From assembly GCA_016748015.1 (NCBI GenBank), contig JAAOMT010000445.1:486874-550873 (forward strand): a DNA stretch of 64,000 nucleotides, written 5' to 3'. Origin of the DNA: Geosiphon pyriformis uo1 (taxonomy: Eukaryota; Fungi; Glomeromycota). This document shows, piece by piece, positions 1-11,339 of this stretch. Position numbers and translations under genes: made by a program. The notes beneath the pieces were generated by a model, which worked only from the letters and a program-made list of their open reading frames with translations, had not been told where the DNA came from and searched no databases. Each line of letters starts with the position of its first letter. Positions within the stretch are counted from its first letter, which is position 1.

Positions 1-437
1 TCAAAACAAAATTAACAACAGCCCCAGTTCTTGCTTACTCAAACTTCAACAAATAATTCTAACTAGTCACTAATGCTTCACACATAGCATTTGGTGTTAT
101 TCTATCATAATTAGATAAAAATGGCCAGGAACAAGTCATTGTTTATGTCAGTAGAACACTTAAACCAACAGAACTCAAATATAGTTCAACTAAATTAGAA
201 GCTACCACAGTCATTTGGGCTCTTAAATACTTTCAACAATACTTGAAGAATGGAAAAAAATTTGATATTTTAACTAACAATATTGGCCTTAAATGCCTCA
301 ATAAAAAGAAAACTGAACAAAGTGTTAAACAGTCTCAATAAAATAACTTTTTAGCAGACTACAAATATATTGTACATTATAAACCAGGAAAACTACACAC
401 TAATGTTGACAGTCTCTCAAGAATGAGACAAGATTAA
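1..437 (+). pseudogene. RNase H of element A, ends ...DSLSRMRQD*
   Basis: Remnants TAPVLAY, LVTNASH (TDAS), YVSRTLKPTE, HYKPGKLHTNVDSLSR. Confidence 0.88.
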
Positions 438-495
438 TACCAACAACAATTCTACTACAACTTACCAACCTATTAACAAAAATAACTAAACAATA

Positions 496-1880
496 ATAGA
501 TCTCAGAAATTACAACAACATTAAAAACTATTTAAAGACTCTTACTATATTAGAAAATGGGTCTCCAAGTAAAAAACATCAATTATAATACCAATCAAAA
601 CAATATTTTATACACCATAACAAAATCTATTATAAAAATTGCAAAAATTTAAATCAACTACTCAGATTAGTACAAAAGAATGAAAAAGAAACAATTCTAT
701 ACAACATGTACACAAATTTTTTCTCAGCACACTTGGGAAGAAATAGAACAATTCAAAGAACTTTTAAACATTATTTTTGGCCCCACATGCAAAAAGACAT
801 TTGACAATATGTAAAATTTTATGATAGTTGTCAAAAAAGAGAAGGAACTCGCCCCACAGAACTTTTAAATCCAATTAATGTTGGACAATCTTTTGACAGA
901 ATTGGAATTAATTTAGTCGGACCATTACTTATTACAACTCAAGAAAATTATTATATTGCAGTTGTAATAGATTATCTCACCAAATGGTTTGAAATGAGAG
1001 TCATTTAAAGAGCAGATGCAAAATCAGTAGCAAATTTCATCTATGAAGACATTATTTGTAAACATAAATACCTAACTGAATTTTTATTTAATCAAGAAAT
1101 ACATTTTGTGAACAACTTAATACAAGAAATTTGTGAACAATTCAATGTCAAAAGACCTCTATTATTATTTTATTATCCCTAAACAAATGAACTTGTAAAA
1201 TGGTTCAACAAAACATTATGTGAAGCTTTAGCCAAAATCTCAACAGATTTTGAGCAGAAATAGAATATCTTTATTCCATTAGTGTTATTAGCCTACAAAA
1301 CACTAAAACAAGATACTATAAAGCACAAACTATTTGATCTTACTTATGAAAAGACAGCAATATTACCAATTAATTTTACAATAAAAACATATCCAGTGCA
1401 ATCAATCAATGAAGAAAACTTTCAAAAAACACTTCAAAAAAAAGTCTACACTTTTCTTAGTACACTGAAAAGAAAAAAACAAATAGTAGCTACTTATATT
1501 AAACACTTCTAAGCTTAACAAAAAGAAAGACATGATAAAAAATTGCCACCAGTTATCAACAAATTTAAAGTTAAAAATAAAGTTTTCTTACATAAAACTA
1601 AGACTGAAAAACAATAGAGTAGAAAATTTGAACATAAATGGAATAAACCATTTTATATTCATGAAATTTTAGGCAATAGATTATACAAATTAAGATTTGA
1701 TGACAAAGTTCTAACAAAAGTTACACATAGAGATAGATTGAAACACTATCATTTCAGAAACAATCCTGAACTATTAATTCTACAAATTGGTATACATTCC
1801 CCTTTAATTAATCCTGTAATATTTTCCAAAATTTAGAACCAATAGTTATAATAAAACAACAACTAAACTTGAATACTTAA
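496..1880 (+). pseudogene. Integrase ORF of element A
   Basis: H..H..C zinc-finger remnant, FDRIGINLVGPL, YxPQTNxLVxxFNKTL; collinear with E 20878-22263; many stops. Confidence 0.9.
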
Positions 1881-2044
1881 TTTAACATTTTATAATAACT
1901 TTTTTAAAATACACAAAACATAAACCAAAAATAATAAATAATTATAAGAAACATTCAAAACCAAAAACAAATAAAAACCTTATACTCAAAAATAATTTTC
2001 TTTATTTTTTTTCAAATTTCATTTATTAGTTAGTCATTTTTATC

Positions 2045-2732
2045 ATAATTATTTCTCGAAATATTCAATAAATATCTTAAAAATTAATGTTAGCCTTGAA
2101 AATACTTCCTGATCTATCCATAATAATTAATAAAAGTCAAATTAATTACATTCAAAAAAAAACCACAATACTAGTAGTAAATTATTCTTAGAATTATCAC
2201 TTCTATAGAAGAAAAACAAAAAGCTATTCTGGAATTCAGTTACCAAAACTGTTAAAGCAAGCACTAAAAAAAAATTTTTATTTGCCTCTATTAATATTTT
2301 ACCAAATATTACAATATAACAAAAACTTTTACAACTTTTTAATGAACAGAACAATAACTATACCCTTATCTATAGATATTTTCACATTGGAAAAACACTT
2401 TATGAACGAAAACTGAATCTTGAAGCAACAAACATCACTTCTGAAGCTATACAAAAACAAATTCACAATGAATTCAAGACAGCAGCTGAATCAACAAACA
2501 TTTGCTACAAACTTAGAGCAGCATTTAGACTCTATAATTTATTTAACACTTGTAAAAATGTCTTACAAAAATTTAATACTTTAGCCAATAAAGATTCAAT
2601 ACATTAGAAAGCTCACAAAACTGAAATTTCCACAGTTTTTAGATTAAATCACTTCAATTATTTTGGACCACTATCTTGACATTACAAATAATACTTAGAC
2701 TTCAACAAAGCTCAGTCTTGAGGAAAAAATTA
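2045..2732 (+). pseudogene. ORF3 of element A, unknown function
   Basis: Translates to ...YRYFHIGKTLYERKLNL...ICYKLRAAFRLYNLFNTCKNVL, homologous to E 22364-23040. Confidence 0.75.
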
Positions 2733-3707
2733 TGTTACCAGTAAAATTTTAGCTATTAATTAGCATGAAATCATCTTCATAATTCTTATTATTAATTAGC
2801 ATATACTATTATCATTTGAATTATCACTTATTATTTAATTAAATTATCAAATATTATTACTCAATTAATAACCTGATTTGTACTATAGAAATTAAGATAA
2901 TCAAATTACACAATACTTTAAACCATTTAATATAGTTAAAAATTTGCCGAAATTGATAAAAAATTGGCCGAAATAATCAATAATTTGTAGAAATAACTTG
3001 GAGTATATTAAAATGTATTTTTAGTTTACCAAAATTGAAGCAAAGAGAAAAATGCAAGTTCAAAGACTAGTGCTACAACAAGTTGTATAAAAGAAAAGCT
3101 TTTTTTTTCAAGAAAATGTATTTTTTTATAGTATCTTATTATAATATATTACTTTAGATATCTTAATTATAACAAATTACTTTTTACAAAATCAAATAAA
3201 AATTAAATATTTGAAAATTAAATCCTTAAATTATTATACTTGAAATTTCTTTTACAACTAACATTTTGAAATTAATTAGCTACCAATTTCAGTAATCTGT
3301 TAGTGACTCCAGATCTGGATAGAAAACGTTTTTCTTGTTAGAATTCTATTTTTTTTACATTTTTTTTATTTTTTTATTTTTTTTTCTTATCATAATTATT
3401 AAAATAGCCTACAGACAAAATTTTTGTAGAAAAGTTGACTTTTATAGCAAAGTAACTACACATTTTTTAGTGAGCTTCCAGATGAGCAATTCTTAAGAAA
3501 GAGTTGACATTTACTACAATGTAACTACATAAAGCAACTGACATGGAATTAGCCATTTTACTTATAAGTCCAGCAGTTCAAATTATATGAGATAATTTGA
3601 AGATAAATTCAGTTATTAAAGATTCAACTGCTTTCAAAAAACGTGAAATTAGCAACAGACAGACATTAACAAAATTTAAGAAAAGATACCAAAAATCTCT
3701 AATAATA
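2733..3707 (+). repeat. 3' LTR of element A
   Basis: Starts TGTTACCA after purine tract GAGGAAAAAATTA; ends in mutated CTCTAATAATA (E: CTCTGGTAACA); alignable to E LTRs. Confidence 0.9.
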
Positions 3708-6700
3708 ATGTCTTTGTTTGAATATTATAAATTATATTTAACATCAATTTTGTGGACTTTTTTTGGTTTGATTTCTTGGTCATTGTTATTAAAATATTTA
3801 AGTTATAGGACTGGTTAATTTTTAATAAGATAGATTGAGATTGTTGCAATTTTTTTTAGTTTTTTCAAATTTAATTTTATATTCATTACTTTTACTTGAC
3901 AGAGGAATACTAAAAGTATAATATTCTAAACATTATTGATCATCACAAAACATGACACATTCTTCATATAATTGAATATTCATTTGTTTTAATTATTAAA
4001 TTTGAGCTTTTTTGGCCAAATAGATATAGCTTGTAATTTGGTAATAGGTTTCTACTTTGTTTTCATAATTCAATTCAGCTAATTTTATAGTGTATTTAAT
4101 ATATTCAGCTTCTTTTATTTGGCAGACAATTTTTTAAATTCTTTAATTAATTAAAATTATGACTAGTTTATAGATTATTTTGGTATTATGTAGATAATAG
4201 TAGAATTTGTTAAGGGCATTGTTATAAACAACATCAAATGAGATTTTTTTTTTACTTTTTTAGTAATTGAAAGTACATATTAGCAAATTTGATCACAAAC
4301 TTCTCTTTTTCATTGTAATATCAATCTAATTGTATTTTTTAAGTAATATTTTTTCACATGTTAAACAAAATTATTGTCCTATTTTTTATTTCTTTTTAGA
4401 AATTCAAATCATTTTTTATAACATGTTTTGCAGAAATAGCATGTTTGTTTTTTGTATTTCTCCTTTAGAGATGTGCAAGCTCTTATTTATAAAAGTTTTT
4501 TGTTGTACTCTTTGTATTTTAATAGAATATATAGTAGTTTTTTTTGTGATTTTAGTGTAAAATAATAAACAATATTCTATTTTCTGGTTTTTTTAAAGAT
4601 TTTCTGTTCTGTTTTCTTAGCCCAATTGAATATTAATCCAAAAGCCATGTATGTTTTAATAATTGGCAATTTTTTTTTTCAAATTTGAATACCAGGGCTT
4701 TTTTTGATTGTTTGTTAAAAGTATTACAAATAGCAAGTACTCTACTGTATTGTTCTTAGTATAATATCTTGAATTTCTGAGTTTTTTATTTAAGTTTGCA
4801 TTGACTTTGGGAAATCAATCATTTTTAACAAGAGTTTAGTATTGGAGTACATCTATTATAAACACTTTAACTAAAATAATAATTTTATTAATTGTAAAAA
4901 AGAAATTGTCAATTTTTTCTATTGGAATTTTTTTATATTATCAGCTGTAATGATGACTGTTTGAGCTGGTTAGTTCGCATTTTATTTGAGTTGTTGTATC
5001 AATTAGTAAGTGATAATACTTCTAGCAAATCCACTATCTAAGATTAAACAAATTAGATTTCTTTCTACTTTGGTTTTAGTATACATAGCTGTAATTGCTT
5101 TTTGTTCATTGACTTCTGTATTGCTAAACAAAAATGGTGATTTATTTGCTTTAAATTCAAAAAGAAAAATATCTGAGAGATTGGTGTTTTTAGCAATTTT
5201 TGCTAATGAAATCATATTACTGGAAAAATTTAATCTTAATATTGCAGTTTTATTTTCAAAAAATGCAGTTTGTTGAAAATTCTGTTCCTTAGACATAGTT
5301 AGATAATTGAATTGAGTGTAATAGTGATTGGATTTTTGTTGAATTGTTTTAAGGAATCAATTGATTGTTAGAATTAATTCTGTTGTTGTTTGTTGTAAAG
5401 CAATTTTAAGATACAAATTGGTTTTGTTGTACCAATTTTCTGGTTGGTACTTGGTATTGTTAAGTAAGTAGTATTTGATATTGTTAAACCTGTGGCTTAT
5501 ATTATTGTTGTAGAACAGGTTAATAATAATTGTTTTGTTGTTAAAATCTTGAAGAATTATAAGTTGATGGCAGAAATTGGTAATAAAATTGCTGAGGTTA
5601 GAAGTAACATTGATTATTTTTAAATTATTAGTCTCTTTGTATTTTTCTACAATTTCATTTTCAGTGTTCTGAAATTTCACAATAATGGCAATTTTATGGT
5701 TAATTGTTGAATGATGATAAAAAAAAGTTGTTCTAATTTTATTATTGTAATAATTAATTTGTAAAGTAGTTTTCTATTTTTTTAGTAAGTTGATCAATTT
5801 TTTTTTCAGCTGCTAATTTGGTTTTACTGATTGTAAGATTGACAAGTTTGATGCAGTTTGCTTCTTTTATTGCTATTTTGTAGTTTTTTGCATGTTAAAT
5901 AACTGTAGCCAAGTCTTCTAAAGCATGTAGACAAACTTTTTTGATGAGTTTATTTTTTAATCTTGCAATAAATTGATCCAAAATCTGGGTATTGAAATAG
6001 TAATCATTGGTTTCTAATTGTTAAATTTGTTGAAGAAACTTGTTAAACTTTTCAAGATAGGTTATAACAGATTCAGCTGGTTCTTGTTTGATGTTTTAGA
6101 ATTGGTTTCAAAACGTAATAGAAGTGTTGTTGTTAGTAAATTGTTTTAGGAAAGCATTTTTGAATGCTTGCCAAACTTTAAAGAATTCAACCAAGTTTTT
6201 GAATCATTCATCTGTAGTCCTTTAAAAAAAATAAGAAATGGCTTTAAGCATTCTGACAGCAGTCTATTCATTTACATTTTCTGCTTTCTGGACTTTATTA
6301 AATCATTCCTGTGGACTGGTGTTAGTATTTTTTCTGTAAATTCAGTAATTTTTGCAATATAGATAGTTGTTATTTTTTTAGTATCTTTGTTTTCAATGGT
6401 TTTTTTTTCTGTAAATTTTGAAATGTCTTTACTATTATTAGAGTAATTGCTTTGGTTTTTTGCTAAGAAATCAAAAAGATTAGTACTGGTGAATATTGGT
6501 TTAAACTGTTGTATTAGACTTTTTGGTAAAATAAAATTTTCTGGTTTTGAAAACTAAATAAGAAATAAATTTGGTGTTTGTGATTAAACAAAAAAAATTG
6601 AAAATAGAGTGACAAAAAGTGGTAATTTCGAATTAGTTCTTGGTTTAGGTGTTTATAGGTGTTTAAAAATTGTATTTGATGTGTTGAGTATTGTTTGAAT

Positions 6701-7097
6701 TGGTCAGGTGTTTTTTTTTGTTTTTTCTACTTGTTTCGAGTTCAGATTGTGAATTAGCAAGATATTTTTTTTTGCAAAATTTGATAAATTTGTAATTTAA
6801 TTTTTCAAAGTAAGTAGCATAGTTGTTAGCACTAATGTTTTCTGAATTTCTGTTTAAATAGTAAATGAGATATTCAAGAAGGTTTCATTTAATTTTTGTA
6901 ATATTGTAGTTTCCAAAAAAATAATTGTTGATTTTGTTTTCAATGTATTAGAAAAGTGTTTTCTTAAAAGCTGTGATTCTATTTTGGATTTCAAATTGTT
7001 GTTTACAATATGTATAAATTGATTGATAGTACTTTAGAGTTAAAATATTTGAAATAGTTACTTCTTTGAATTTATTGTTGCTGTGTTATTTTTATGA
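3708..7097 (-). pseudogene. gag-protease-Cys-rich-dUTPase (N-terminal part) of element B
   Basis: ORF 5003-5296 LILDSGFARSIITY; collinear with E 15182-18662; cut at dUTPase motif 1 by A. Confidence 0.88.
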
Positions 7098-7359
7098 GAA
7101 AGCACCAAATATTACCAAAAGATTTTGATCTCTTTTTTTGAATGTTGTTAATGCTTAATTGCTGTAAATTCACATTTTCTGGAAGTAGTTCAATTTCTGA
7201 TAACTGAATTTATTTTTAAATTATCTTCTATAATTTGAACTGCTGGGCTTATAAGTAAAATGACTAATTCTATATTAGTGTTATAGGTAATTATTTAGGT
7301 GTTGGAGTAAATAACAAACTTATAATTTGGTGCTCAATAACTATTTTGAATAATGTTGG

Positions 7360-8198
7360 TATTACAGTTCAAGAATTTAATAAGAATTATAAATAATATA
7401 AATTAGCCAATCATGAAATAGCACAGCAACAATTTATAAAAAGAAATGATTTACAAATAACAGCAAGCACTATCATGCAATAACAGCAAGCACTATTTTA
7501 CAATAGCAGCAAGCACTATCATGTAAAAGCAGTAAGCATTATTTTACAATAACAGCAAGCACTATTTAAAAATAACGGAAATAGAGTATTATAAGACATT
7601 ATTTTGTAAAACAATAATTATATATATATACAATAATTTTAATGATGAAAAATTAAACAAGCTTCAACTAAAAGCAACAAATATCTAAATAAAATCTTAT
7701 TCAAAAAGAATTAATAAAAATAATAAATTGAATAAACATCACAATTACAAGATTAACAATAAAATTCACATAACCTCTCTAGCAAATGAAACTATTATTC
7801 CATCTCTGAACCCTTTGAAAGAATAATCTCTGATCAAGATTATTTACATGGTTACTAATTAAATTGAAAAAGCTTTATTATATACTTAGAGAAATTGCAA
7901 AAAGGCTATTAACATTCCGTGTTTCTAAATTAGAGAAACACATTAGGCAATTGCAAAGATAGCCTCAAAAAAGACCCCAAACAGTAGGTAGATTTCAAAT
8001 TAGCCTCTGAGAAGGAGTACACAACATACAAAGACAACTAGAATTAAAGAGAAAACTTACATCACAACATTAAGAAAAAACCTTTAGTACATTATCATTA
8101 ATATCCAACACATAAAATAGAGAAATTCATGAGAGATTGATTGCAATTAAAATGGGAGATCAACAATTAAAATATACCAAAAAAACACTCTCATAACA
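7360..8198 (+). repeat. 5' LTR of element C
   Basis: T(A)TTACAG...ATAACA; direct repeat of 33111-33949, 54025-54845 and 56511-57327. Confidence 0.93.
7455..7570 (+). repeat. 23-bp tandem array in C-family LTR (CAATAACAGCAAGCACTATCATG, about 5 copies)
   Basis: Visible directly; also at ~33205-33320, ~54120-54235, ~56605-56695. Confidence 0.85.
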
Positions 8199-8256
8199 TT
8201 TGGTGAACTCTACGAGAAAAGAAAATTAAAAAAAACTAATAATTAGCAATAATTCA

Positions 8257-10214
8257 TTGCTAAAAAAAGAAGAAACAAAAGTGGCAACAAAAACCCCTAC
8301 CCTTACTGTTCTTGAATTCTGTCATGTTATTTACACACAAAATCAAAGTGATTTTAGATTACCAGAAGGGTGTTGTTCAGCAGAATCTGTTCTCACTTAT
8401 TATATTAATGCCAGAATAAATTACCATATAAAAAAAGAAGAAGAACTACATGATGCGAAACTTGGATTGTATAGAGAATTATCACAATACACTACAAAGG
8501 AAGTAGCAGTAATAGCCATAACTATTGTCAAAATCCATTACAAAATTGAGCAATATGCCAACAAAAAACACGTCCACAATTCAGAAATTAATCACAAAAA
8601 AAACCAGTAAAAACTAAGAACACTTGCTCAAACACCAAAGAAAACTGTCACTCAATCAATAAAGAAACAATGTACTTATTTACCTGAAAATAAATCATAC
8701 TATTTTTCACCAGAAAATAAGATACAAATTTCATTAGAAGCTGTATCATTATCAACATCAACTCCACAAACACCAAGAACTTCTAGTTATACTGATAAAA
8801 TTAAACAACGTAACTGAAAAGACATACTAATTACAGAAGGATATTTATCACTATTCTAAAACCCTTTTTTTCAGCCAAAATTCGGAATAGGGTTTGAAAA
8901 CCGTGAAGAGAAATCTGAATCGGAATCCAAAAAAGAGACCAGTAAAAAAACAATTACAAGACCAGTTACTGGAACAAGCAGCCAGTTCAGAAACCAAGAA
9001 ACTTGTGATCAAGAAAAAGAACTGGATATAAGAAAAACCACCTTTAAGAATGCTCAAGAAAATATTATTCCACCTTCTCTTATACCAATAAGCTGACCAG
9101 CAGAAAACGGTGATGAAATGGCCACACTATACATCACAAGACTAACAGATTTCTTAGAAGAGGAAGAAAAAATGGACATGCACACATGGCTCAGAGAAGT
9201 GCAAAAAGCCATCTAGGCAAATAACTGGAGTGACCAAAAAGCAATCCAAATGTTACCTTTCTTCCTAAAAGGCACTGCCAACTCATGATATCAAAGCTTA
9301 GAAACAAAACTCATGAGCTTCACCAAATTCAAAGATGCACTTTTAGAGTATTTTAGCAATCCAAATGCTGTAATCCAACTACAGAACAAATTCAATACTA
9401 TCAAGCAAAGTACAAGTGAAACTGTTACCCAATATCTTGCTTGATTTAATCAAATTTGCCATCAGATTGAAGCAATTGAGCAAAGATACTATACCAATTC
9501 TCAGGTTTTAAATCAATTTATTAGAGAATTAAAAAGCAGCATTTTAGGAAAAATATGTTCTGTCCACTCTAATTCATTATCAGAAGCTGTTACACTTGCC
9601 AAAGTCTTTGAATCGGCTAAGAAAAAAGCTAAACATAGTCAAATGGTTAACATGATAATTGAGAAAAACAAGACAGAAACTTTAGAGAAGAAAGTAGCAC
9701 AATTAGAGGAGAAACTCTCTAAAAAAATAAAAAGTTATCTCACCTCGGACCCAGAAAGAAATAATACATACCAACCACCTCAGAGACACAACCAGGAATT
9801 CAGTAGCAGTCAAAATAATTGCTCATCGCACCAGAACTTCAAAACAGAAATGTGCACCTGCCATTTTTGCAAATATGTAGAACATTTGATTAGTCAATGT
9901 CAAATGCGAATGATGCACGAGGCATGCGAGAATAATTATTACGTGCCACCCCAAATGCCCAGAAATCAATACACGCCAATATTACATCAATACCCCATTA
10001 TGTACCAAAATCAAAGAACTTACCAGCAACAGCCCATGATAGCCAACCAAAATTGATGTCTTAAGCCCCAAAATCAGCCCATGTGGAATCAAAATATGTT
10101 GGTTCAGAGAAACCCAAACCATGTAGAACCTAATCAGCAAACAAATGCAAACTACCCAAACTACCTAAATTTCCAGCCAACTTACTTTAATATATTGAAA
10201 AACTTAAATCTCAG
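8257..10214 (+). pseudogene. gag of element C with CCHC knuckle
   Basis: Capsid-like PFFLKGTANS*YQ, IKQxxxETVTQY; CHFCKYVEHLISQC; continues at 29033 after D. Confidence 0.85.
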
Positions 10215-11306
10215 TGTTACCTGAGTAGAAAAACCGATCCAAAGTTATGAAGAAATGTGACCAAAATGTGACATAACACAGAATAATGCGAAATAACGTT
10301 GAATAATGCGTTATAACGTTGGATAACATGTTATAACACAGAATAACACAGAATAGCATGCAATAACATAGGATAACGTGTTATAATGCAGGATAACACA
10401 GAATAACATGTAATAATATCAGATAACATGTTATAACATAAAATAACTAGCAATAACATAGAAAAACGAAGCAATAAGAGAAACAACAAAACAATAGCTA
10501 GTGATAGCAAGACAATTGAAACCAATCCTGTAAAACCAAAAGAATGTATAAAAGCAAGTAATTGTACAAGTAAGAAAGGACAGAGAAAAAAATAGATATG
10601 AACCTCTAGACCAGAAATTAAAATATCCATACCCCTTTATCCTTTATTATCTTCCCTATTTCATCTCCTGAAGTAAACCAATTATTAAAAGAAATCAGAA
10701 TCACGAATTCATGTTCTTGAACTTCGTAGAATTTACATGAATTAACTCTTGTCTCATACCTCCGTTTTAGAACAGATGCTTTTAGCATAACCGCCTCAAA
10801 CCTATTAATAATTTGGACCAATTGCTCTTGATCACGGTGATTGATGATACTAATTTATCTTTTCTCACTTTTCTTTTTTTTTCTTTTTCTTTTTCTTTCT
10901 TTTTCTGTCTTAATTTTTTTGTAGAACGGCAACATAGTAAAATCGACTGTTTGGGAATAGACTTCGTGATAGTCTGGTAAAAGAGGGAAGCTCCCCCTAA
11001 GTTTTGGATATTAACATTATCTTGTTAACTTACCAGAAGGGCAAAAAAACAACACCAGACCCTAATGACTGTGCTCGTTAGCTCGGACAAGAAAGCTCAC
11101 ATTTACGAAAAACATTGCAATCAACGAAAAACAAACTCTGTGCCTTATAACTAAAGAACTCAATGGGTAAAATTCACATCTAGGAATAGACCTTTAGAGA
11201 CTGATAATCAAGATTAAGCCAACAGAATTACACAGAAGACACATCATCAATAATTGAGAGCACCAAACGTTACTATTTCTCATACTCACCAAGTTTACCC
11301 ATAACA
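10215..11306 (+). repeat. 5' LTR of element D
   Basis: TGTTAC...ATAACA; direct repeat of 27936-29032. Confidence 0.95.
10271..10460 (+). repeat. 10-bp-period array (NNATAACRYN, about 19 copies) in D LTR
   Basis: ATAAC/ATAAT recurs every 10 nt; second copy at ~27992-28181. Confidence 0.9.
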
Positions 11307-11325
11307 TTTGGTGCTCCCTGTGAGG
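11307..11325 (+). other. Primer-binding site of D, TGGTGCTCCCTGTGAGG (tRNA-Ile(UAU)-like)
   Basis: Directly after the 5' LTR; complementary to a ...GAGCACCA tRNA 3' end; tRNA identity is inferred. Confidence 0.7.
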
Positions 11326-11339
11326 TTATAAATCCACAG

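Larger units (their letters stand above)
1..3707 (+). mobile_element. Ty3/Gypsy element A, 3' part (RNase H, integrase, ORF3, 3' LTR); 5' end outside window
   Basis: Degenerate RNase H (1-437), integrase (496-1880) and ORF3, then PPT and LTR homologous to the LTRs of element E; right end abuts the dUTPase of element B. Confidence 0.92.

Noticed and set aside
7455-7570. Tandem arrays as CRISPR or satellite DNA
   Set aside because: No unique spacers and no cas genes; the arrays sit inside LTRs and are duplicated with them.
10331-10630. Hydrophobic antisense ORF (also 28052-28246) and other short shadow ORFs
   Set aside because: By-products of the 10-bp LTR array, or opposite-strand and alternate-frame shadows of TE coding regions.
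10848-10924. Branch point, polypyrimidine tract and AG in D's LTR as an intron acceptor
   Set aside because: The AG is not at the same position in the 3' LTR and no donor was found; T-tracts in LTRs may be termination or polyadenylation signals.
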